Numbered from the stretch's first letter, positions 1 to 3,737 are shown. The stretch: DNA of 14,055 nucleotides from a virus (IMGVR_UViG_3300038530_001701); one strand, 5' to 3'. Numbers and translations are program-made. The notes: generated by a model not told the origin, from the sequence alone.

Positions 1-81
1 AAAGGGGGTTCTGATGAAGACCCCGAGGAAGAAGAAGATGATGGAACTCAGAAGGGTAAACTCGCTTTCTTCTCTAAGTAA
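1..81 (+). CDS. 3' end of a truncated ORF with an acidic C-terminus (...KGGSDEDPEEEEDDGTQKGKLAFFSK*); product unknown
   Basis: Frame 1 is open from base 1 to TAA at 79-81, followed by an AT-rich intergenic region and a promoter. Only 26 codons are visible. Confidence 0.6.
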   Translation, partial: KGGSDEDPEEEEDDGTQKGKLAFFSK

Positions 82-111
82 AAATAATTCTAACTTTTTT
101 CCTCCCTCCTG

Positions 112-140
112 TTGACAATAAGTAAGAATTGAGGTTTAAT
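112..140 (+). promoter_or_regulatory. sigma70-like promoter upstream of the tRNA array
   Basis: TTGACA (112-117), 17 bp spacer, TTTAAT (135-140), AT-rich upstream tract; predicted start ~147. Confidence 0.75.
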
Positions 141-146
141 AGCCTC

Positions 147-270
147 ACTGACATCGCAACGGTGTCACAAAGAATACCAGCGGGTCTGGTATCTTAGCCT
201 TCTCCCGAGGCATTTGTTAGGTGGTTCTGATTCTGTAAGGTAATTGAGATTTCTCCCCACCTAACATCTT
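147..270 (+). ncRNA. Structured leader or small RNA with four consecutive helices
   Basis: TGACATC/GGTGTCA (149-167); ATACCAG/CTGGTAT (174-192); GCCT/AGGC (197-211); perfect 10 bp TGTTAGGTGG/CCACCTAACA (215-266). Confidence 0.45.
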
Positions 271-280
271 ATTTTACAAA

Positions 281-356
281 CGGTGCGTGGTGTAATTGGC
301 TGCACATCAGGCTTTTAACCTGACTGGTGAGAGTTCGAGTCTCTCCGCACCGACCA
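281..356 (+). tRNA. trnK: tRNA-Lys(UUU)
   Basis: Acceptor CGGTGCG/CGCACCG; anticodon arm TCAGG-CTTTTAA-CCTGA; T loop TTCGAGT; A73 + CCA. Confidence 0.96.
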
Positions 357-357
357 T

Positions 358-432
358 TGTTCCATAGTTCAATTGGTAGAACGCTCGGCTGATAACCGTG
401 TAATACAGGTTCGAGTCCTGTTGGAACAACCA
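358..432 (+). tRNA. trnI: tRNA-Ile(GAU)
   Basis: Acceptor TGTTCCA/TGGAACA; loop CTGATAA; T arm ACAGG-TTCGAGT-CCTGT; CCA. Confidence 0.95.
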
Positions 433-468
433 TTCTAAAGAATTTTGTTGACAGAGTTCTTCAGAATG
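431..468 (+). repeat. Spacer hairpin copy 1 (ATTCTAAA...TTCAGAAT)
   Basis: 17-position stem with one A.C mismatch and a TTGA loop; same register as 3618-3652. Confidence 0.6.
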
Positions 469-476
469 ATTAATAT

Positions 477-550
477 AGCCCTGCGGGTGGATTCCCCGAC
501 TCCGGCCTACGAAGCTGGAAGGCTAGGTTCGATTCCTAGTAGGGCTGCCA
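477..550 (+). tRNA. trnR: tRNA-Arg(ACG) with an atypical D arm
   Basis: Acceptor AGCCCTG/TAGGGCT; anticodon arm CCGGC-CTACGAA-GCTGG; T arm CTAGG-TTCGATT-CCTAG; G73 + CCA. No U8; D stem CGGG/CCCG starts directly after the acceptor. Confidence 0.85.
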
Positions 551-558
551 AATTATTT

Positions 559-634
559 ACTCGTCTGGCAGAGCGGCAGATGCACTACTCTTACAAAGTA
601 GATTAGGTAGGTTCGATTCCTACGGCGAGTACCA
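559..634 (+). tRNA. trnV: tRNA-Val(UAC)
   Basis: Acceptor ACTCGTC/GGCGAGT; CTACT-CTTACAA-AGTAG; T arm GTAGG-TTCGATT-CCTAC; CCA. Confidence 0.95.
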
Positions 635-640
635 AGTTTT

Positions 641-716
641 GGGCTGATAGTAGCAATTGGTAAAATCTCAGGCTTGCACCTTGAAGTTCCGGGTTCGAAT
701 CCCGGTCGGTCCACCA
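641..716 (+). tRNA. trnA: tRNA-Ala(UGC)
   Basis: Acceptor GGGCTGA/TCGGTCC with the G3.U70 Ala identity pair; loop CTTGCAC; A73 + CCA. Confidence 0.96.
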
Positions 717-729
717 TATTAAAAAGTAC

Positions 730-804
730 AGGTAGTCAAACTTAATGACAAGTCGCTCTTGATCTTAGGCATCTATGGTGATAAACTATATCCACTACCT
801 ACAA
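730..804 (+). ncRNA. Degenerate tRNA-like cloverleaf (pseudo-tRNA or tRNA mimic)
   Basis: 7 bp AGGTAGT/ACTACCT followed by ACAA; internal arms ACTT/AAGT, GAT-CTTAGGC-ATC and TATGG-TGATAAA-CTATA; no TTCGA T loop. Confidence 0.35.
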
Positions 805-841
805 CTGTAGTGCCGAGGCTCGCAACCCAGGTGTTGCAGTA

Positions 842-873
842 AATCTACAAATAAGTTTGATATTTTGTAGATT
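842..873 (+). other. Spacer hairpin
   Basis: Perfect 10 bp AATCTACAAA (842-851)/TTTGTAGATT (864-873). Confidence 0.5.
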
Positions 874-885
874 AACCTTATTTAA

Positions 886-960
886 GGGTCTATAGCTTAT
901 TGGTAAAAGCCACCGACTCATAATCGGTTGAATCAGGTTCGATTCCTTTTAGACCCACCA
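886..960 (+). tRNA. tRNA with CAU anticodon, probably Ile2 (lysidine type) rather than elongator Met
   Basis: Acceptor GGGTCTA/TAGACCC; ACCGA-CTCATAA-TCGGT resembles the bacterial Ile2 anticodon arm; weak T stem (TCAGG/CCTTT); CCA. Ile2 versus Met is inferred. Confidence 0.85.
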
Positions 961-966
961 ATTAAT

Positions 967-1043
967 CTCCCGGTAGCTCAATGGACTAGAGCAAAAGGTT
1001 TCTACCCTTTAGGTTGGGGGTTCGAGTCCCTCTCGGGAGGCCA
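967..1043 (+). tRNA. trnR: tRNA-Arg(UCU)
   Basis: Acceptor CTCCCGG/TCGGGAG; AAAGG-TTTCTAC-CCTTT; T loop TTCGAGT; CCA. Confidence 0.95.
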
Positions 1044-1058
1044 AATAAAGGTTGACAA

Positions 1059-1286
1059 ATGCTAGTAACTGCTTTAATATTGCTCGTAGCATTTATGATA
1101 TTACCAGCAGCACTTGGAACATTAGTTTTGTTTCATACTCTGGTTAGAAAGAAAAGTCCCCCAGTGGATGAGTCAAATAGAATCAACCATTTCAGATTAG
1201 TCTGGTTTGCGTTGACAAGGGAAGATAAGTTTGTTAAGCTCTTTCCGTGGCTCTCAAAAGATGAGTGGGACAATTTAAATAAATAA
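1059..1286 (+). CDS. Small hypothetical membrane protein (75 aa)
   Basis: Hydrophobic N-terminal segment (LILLVAFMILPAALGTLVLF) followed by basic RKK; AAGG 7 nt before the ATG; fills the gap between tRNA-Arg and the next ORF. Confidence 0.7.
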   Translation: MLVTALILLVAFMILPAALGTLVLFHTLVRKKSPPVDESNRINHFRLVWFALTREDKFVKLFPWLSKDEWDNLNK

Positions 1287-1303
1287 TTAAGGAGGATCAA
1301 CTA

Positions 1304-1819
1304 ATGGTTGACATAGAAGAAGTAAAAGAGTATATTCGTAATAGCTCAGACCAATCTAGTGTCTACATTGGTTGTGACTCAAAACGATTTGGTCGAAAGA
1401 ATAAAAGATTTGTTGCATACGCTTGCGTAGTTCTGATACACTTAGACAGTAAGCATGGAGCTAAGATGTTTAGCTTCAAACGAATCGAAAGAGATTTTGG
1501 ACAACTAAGACAAAGAATGGTTAATGAAGCTATTTTCGCTTGTGAAATTGGTTACGAGTTGAAAGAAGCTTGCGGTGATAGAACATTTGAAATTCACCTT
1601 GACATTAACCCTGACAAGAAACATGCTTCTTCTGTTGCATTGAAAGAAGCCTCTGGTATGGTCTTAGGTATGTTCGGTGAAAATCCAAAGGTTAAGCCTG
1701 AAGCGTTTGCCGCTTCTACCGCAGCAGATAAATTAGTCTGCGAATATGGTGGAAGAAAGAATTTTAAAAAATTCCTTGACAAACTGAAAAACGGTGTTAA
1801 ACTAGAGGATATGAAATAA
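1304..1819 (+). CDS. RNase H-like YkuK (DUF458) family protein
   Basis: Strong SD (AAGGAGG); motifs VYIGCDS, RMVNEA, EIHLDINP and KPEAFAASTAAD recognised as the YkuK RNase H-like pattern (from memory, no HMM run). Confidence 0.8.
   Translation: MVDIEEVKEYIRNSSDQSSVYIGCDSKRFGRKNKRFVAYACVVLIHLDSKHGAKMFSFKRIERDFGQLRQRMVNEAIFACEIGYELKEACGDRTFEIHLDINPDKKHASSVALKEASGMVLGMFGENPKVKPEAFAASTAADKLVCEYGGRKNFKKFLDKLKNGVKLEDMK
1776..1803 (+). promoter_or_regulatory. sigma70-like promoter inside the 3' end of the YkuK-like gene
   Basis: A/T tract, TTGACA (1776-1781), 16 bp spacer, TG-T-TAAACT extended -10 (1795-1803); predicted start ~1810, just upstream of the CAGCAA elements. Confidence 0.6.
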
Positions 1820-1826
1820 AGAATTA

Positions 1827-1889
1827 AGGCTGCTTTCAGCAACTTACAAAACTTCTAACCATTAATCTAGAACTTAAGTAATGCAGCCT
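1827..1889 (+). ncRNA. CAGCAA stem element, copy 1
   Basis: AGGCTGC/GCAGCCT terminal stem; TTTCAGCAA next to the 5' strand; internal TTCTA/TAGAA hairpin. Confidence 0.55.
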
Positions 1890-1899
1890 GTTAAAAATT

Positions 1900-2008
1900 T
1901 GGATGAGTACAGCAACTAAACTCAAATACTTTCTGTAAAAAAGTCCCTAACGGTTCGACTCCGGTTGCCTCGTAAGTGGTGGTCACGGGAAAGAGGCATT
2001 CTCATCCA
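1900..2008 (+). ncRNA. CAGCAA stem element, copy 2, with a permuted tRNA-like domain (Y RNA/YrlA-like hypothesis)
   Basis: TGGATGAG/CTCATCCA terminal stem; TACAGCAA; ACTTT-CTGTAAA-AAAGT anticodon-like arm; CGG-TTCGACT-CCG T arm; downstream AGTGGTGGTCAC D-loop-like segment. Confidence 0.6.
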
Positions 2009-2031
2009 GTATCTATTTTAAAAGTTTTAAA

Positions 2032-2105
2032 CTCCCTCTGGCGTAGTGGTAGCGTGTGTGGTTTGGGGCCATAAGGTGAAGGTTCGATTCCTTCGGGGGA
2101 GACCA
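2032..2105 (+). tRNA. trnP: tRNA-Pro(UGG)
   Basis: Acceptor CTCCCTC/GGGGGAG; TGTGG-TTTGGGG-CCATA; T arm GAAGG-TTCGATT-CCTTC; CCA. Confidence 0.95.
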
Positions 2106-2110
2106 ATTTT

Positions 2111-2197
2111 GGGGCAAGCGCAGAGACGGGTCGGCTGCATCGGACTGTAAATCCGATACCTTTGGTTTTCTAGGTTCGAATCCTAGTTGTCCCACCA
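2111..2197 (+). tRNA. trnY: tRNA-Tyr(GUA)
   Basis: Acceptor GGGGCAA/TTGTCCC; TCGGA-CTGTAAA-TCCGA; long variable arm; A73 + CCA. Confidence 0.94.
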
Positions 2198-2202
2198 ATT
2201 TT

Positions 2203-2269
2203 AGGATGCTTACAGCAAACATATTATATACTTTTCTATTGGAAGAAAACTAAGTAAATAATGCATCCT
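2203..2269 (+). ncRNA. CAGCAA stem element, copy 3
   Basis: AGGATGC/GCATCCT terminal stem; TTACAGCAA; internal TTTTCT/AGAAAA hairpin; 3' segment similar to copy 1. Confidence 0.55.
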
Positions 2270-2281
2270 TATTTTATTAAT

Positions 2282-2357
2282 GTTGGCGTGGCTGAATGGT
2301 CTTAGGCACTTGGCTGCAACCCTTGTCATGCAGGTTCGAATCCTGTCGCCAACTCCA
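2282..2357 (+). tRNA. trnC: tRNA-Cys(GCA)
   Basis: Acceptor GTTGGCG/CGCCAAC; loop CTGCAAC; U73 (Cys identity) + CCA; two U.U mismatches in the anticodon stem. Confidence 0.92.
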
Positions 2358-2364
2358 AAGTTTT

Positions 2365-2442
2365 GCCTTGCGAAGCATTTATCTGGATGATGTCGGCCTT
2401 TGTAACGCCGGGAATAGAGTTCGATTCTCTGCCAAGGCACCA
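2365..2442 (+). tRNA. trnT: tRNA-Thr(UGU), atypical
   Basis: Acceptor GCCTTGC/CCAAGGC (C7.C66 mismatch); CGGCC-TTTGTAA-CGCCG (C31.C39 mismatch); T arm TAGAG-TTCGATT-CTCTG; CCA. Confidence 0.8.
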
Positions 2443-2457
2443 ATTTAGGAGGTTTTT

Positions 2458-2808
2458 TTGAAAAATTGTACAAGATGTTTAGAAGAAAAACCTCTATCAG
2501 AGTATTATACAAAAGGTAATAGACTACACTCTGAATGTAAGACTTGCTTCATTAAAAGAAAAATTGAAGAAAGACAAGTTAAAAAAGCTTACATAAGGCA
2601 ATTAGCTGGTAGTCAGTGTACATTATGTGGTTACGATAGGTGTACAGACGCTTTAGAGTTACATCACAGAGACCCAACAAAGAAAGAATTCAGAGTCTCT
2701 GGTATGTGGAGTTTCTCTAAAGAGAGGATTAAAAAAGAGGTTGAAAAGTGTGTTCTACTATGTTCTAATTGTCATAGAGAAGTTCACGCAGGAATCTCTA
2801 AAGTTTAA
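2458..2808 (+). CDS. HNH endonuclease with CxxC zinc-binding motifs (116 aa, TTG start)
   Basis: AGGAGG SD at 2447-2452; CTRC, CKTC, CTLC; ALELHHRDP...CVLLCSNCHREVH HNH signature. Confidence 0.88.
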   Translation: MKNCTRCLEEKPLSEYYTKGNRLHSECKTCFIKRKIEERQVKKAYIRQLAGSQCTLCGYDRCTDALELHHRDPTKKEFRVSGMWSFSKERIKKEVEKCVLLCSNCHREVHAGISKV

Positions 2809-2810
2809 AT

Positions 2811-2886
2811 GGCGTCGTAGTTTAATGGTGAGAATACCGGGCCTTCAACCCGAGTGATGACGGTTCGAATCCGTTCGACGCTACCA
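2811..2886 (+). tRNA. trnE: tRNA-Glu(UUC) with C33
   Basis: Acceptor GGCGTCG/CGACGCT; CGGG-CCTTCAA-CCCG; T arm GACGG-TTCGAAT-CCGTT; CCA. Confidence 0.82.
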
Positions 2887-2893
2887 ATTTAAT

Positions 2894-2969
2894 GCGGCTG
2901 TAGCTCAACTGGTAGAGCACTACCCTGTCAAGGTAGAAGGTGCGGGTTCGACTCCCGTTAGTCGCGCCA
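2894..2969 (+). tRNA. trnD: tRNA-Asp(GUC)
   Basis: Acceptor GCGGCTG/TAGTCGC; CTACC-CTGTCAA-GGTAG; G73 + CCA. Confidence 0.96.
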
Positions 2970-2976
2970 CTTTTGT

Positions 2977-3052
2977 TGCGGTGTAGCTCAATTGGCAGAG
3001 CGCGTGACTTTGACTCACGAGGTTGAGAGTTCGAACCTCTCCACCGTTTCCA
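2977..3052 (+). tRNA. trnQ: tRNA-Gln(UUG)
   Basis: Acceptor TGCGGTG/CACCGTT (U1.U72 mismatch); CGTGA-CTTTGAC-TCACG; T arm GAGAG-TTCGAAC-CTCTC; CCA. Confidence 0.92.
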
Positions 3053-3069
3053 TTTAGAGTATTCTTTGT

Positions 3070-3148
3070 GGTGTACTTAGTTTAACTGGACAAAAACTCT
3101 CGGATGTGACCCGAGCAGATGCGAGTTCGAATCTCGTAGTACACCCCA
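3070..3148 (+). tRNA. trnH: tRNA-His(GUG) with encoded G-1
   Basis: 8 bp GGTGTACT/AGTACACC including G-1:C73; CTCGG-ATGTGAC-CCGAG; CCA. Confidence 0.95.
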
Positions 3149-3159
3149 AAGAGTATTTC

Positions 3160-3234
3160 GCGGAGTTGGTATAACGGTATTATTTCGGTCTTCCAAACCG
3201 TAAGATTAGGGTTCGAATCCCTAACTCCGCACCA
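3160..3234 (+). tRNA. trnG: tRNA-Gly(UCC)
   Basis: Acceptor GCGGAGT/ACTCCGC; CGGT-CTTCCAA-ACCG; A73 + CCA. Confidence 0.93.
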
Positions 3235-3241
3235 ATTTTAT

Positions 3242-3319
3242 TCCGGTATAGCAATCAAGGTGAATGCAACTCGCTGTTAACGAGTATGGAGGCAGGTTCG
3301 ATGCCTGCTACCGGAGCCA
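3242..3319 (+). tRNA. trnN: tRNA-Asn(GUU)
   Basis: Acceptor TCCGGTA/TACCGGA; ACTCG-CTGTTAA-CGAGT; G73 + CCA. Confidence 0.95.
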
Positions 3320-3325
3320 ATTTGA

Positions 3326-3403
3326 CGCAGAGTGGACTGGAGGCGGTTCCAGCTTGGTCTCATAAGCCAAATTACGCGGGTTCGAGTCCCGCCTCTGCAA
3401 CCA
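3326..3403 (+). tRNA. trnfM: Initiator-type tRNA-Met(CAU)
   Basis: C1.A72 mismatch (CGCAGAG/CTCTGCA); TTGGT-CTCATAA-GCCAA; A73 + CCA. Confidence 0.9.
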
Positions 3404-3410
3404 ATTTAAA

Positions 3411-3488
3411 GATTGTCAGGTAGCTCCTGAATGAACTGAGGATTTGCAGGAGACCCTCAGAGAGATTAACAAAAAATCCTGCCCAATT
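3411..3488 (+). ncRNA. ATGAACTGAGG pseudoknot-capable element A
   Basis: TCAGG/CCTGA hairpin; ATGAA linker; CTGAGG/CCTCAG stem; loop GCAGGA (3446-3451) complementary to TCCTGC (3477-3482); GATTG/CAATT closing helix. Confidence 0.55.
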
Positions 3489-3493
3489 TCATT

Positions 3494-3594
3494 AGTCAGT
3501 TTATTTAGAATGATTCGGAAAGAGTCCGTATGAACTGAGGGCGACACCTGCCTACTGATAGCCCTGATCAGGTGAATGGGTTAGTGGTGTGACT
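3494..3594 (+). ncRNA. ATGAACTGAGG pseudoknot-capable element B
   Basis: CGGA/TCCG hairpin; ATGAA linker; CTGA/TCAG plus GGGC/GCCC stem; loop ACACC (3544-3548) complementary to GGTGT (3586-3590); AGTC/GACT closing helix. Confidence 0.5.
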
Positions 3595-3617
3595 CGTGCA
3601 GGAGAGAACTGCACTCG

Positions 3618-3652
3618 ATTCTAAAAAGTTTTCTTAGAGAGTTTTTCAGAAT
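3618..3652 (+). repeat. Spacer hairpin copy 2 (ATTCTAAA...TTCAGAAT)
   Basis: 16-position stem with the A.C mismatch and two U.G wobbles at the same positions as in 431-468. Confidence 0.6.
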
Positions 3653-3655
3653 ACT

Positions 3656-3731
3656 GGAGCTTTGGTAGATGTGGTCACTACGTCTGTTTGAAGCACAGAA
3701 GAACACGGTTCGATTCCGTGAGGCTCCACCA
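3656..3731 (+). tRNA. trnF: tRNA-Phe(GAA)
   Basis: Acceptor GGAGCTT/AGGCTCC; TCTGT-TTGAAGC-ACAGA; CCA. Confidence 0.95.
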
Positions 3732-3737
3732 AAATTC

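Noticed and set aside
448-476. TTGACA-17-TAATAT promoter-like match
   Set aside because: The predicted start (~482-483) falls inside the acceptor stem of tRNA-Arg(ACG), and the TTGACA is better explained as the apex of the conserved spacer hairpin. Not excluded, but unsupported.
752-786. GTCGC...GATAAAC resemblance to type I CRISPR repeat ends
   Set aside because: Lacks the internal GC-rich hairpin of such repeats and occurs once.
841-873. Cas12a-repeat-like TCTAC/GTAGA stem, i.e. CRISPR repeat or RNA anti-CRISPR
   Set aside because: Single copy, loop far longer than in Cas12a repeats, no spacer-repeat periodicity and no cas gene in the window.
2811-2886. Opal (UCA) suppressor or Sec tRNA implying stop-codon recoding
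   Set aside because: The UCA register has no anticodon stem, and long ORFs end normally at TGA (terL, 11664) with no sign of read-through frames.
3436-3460. Hammerhead ribozyme core (CTGAGGA fits CUGANGA)
   Set aside because: No correctly placed GAAA or stem II, and CTGAGG is perfectly paired with CCTCAG.
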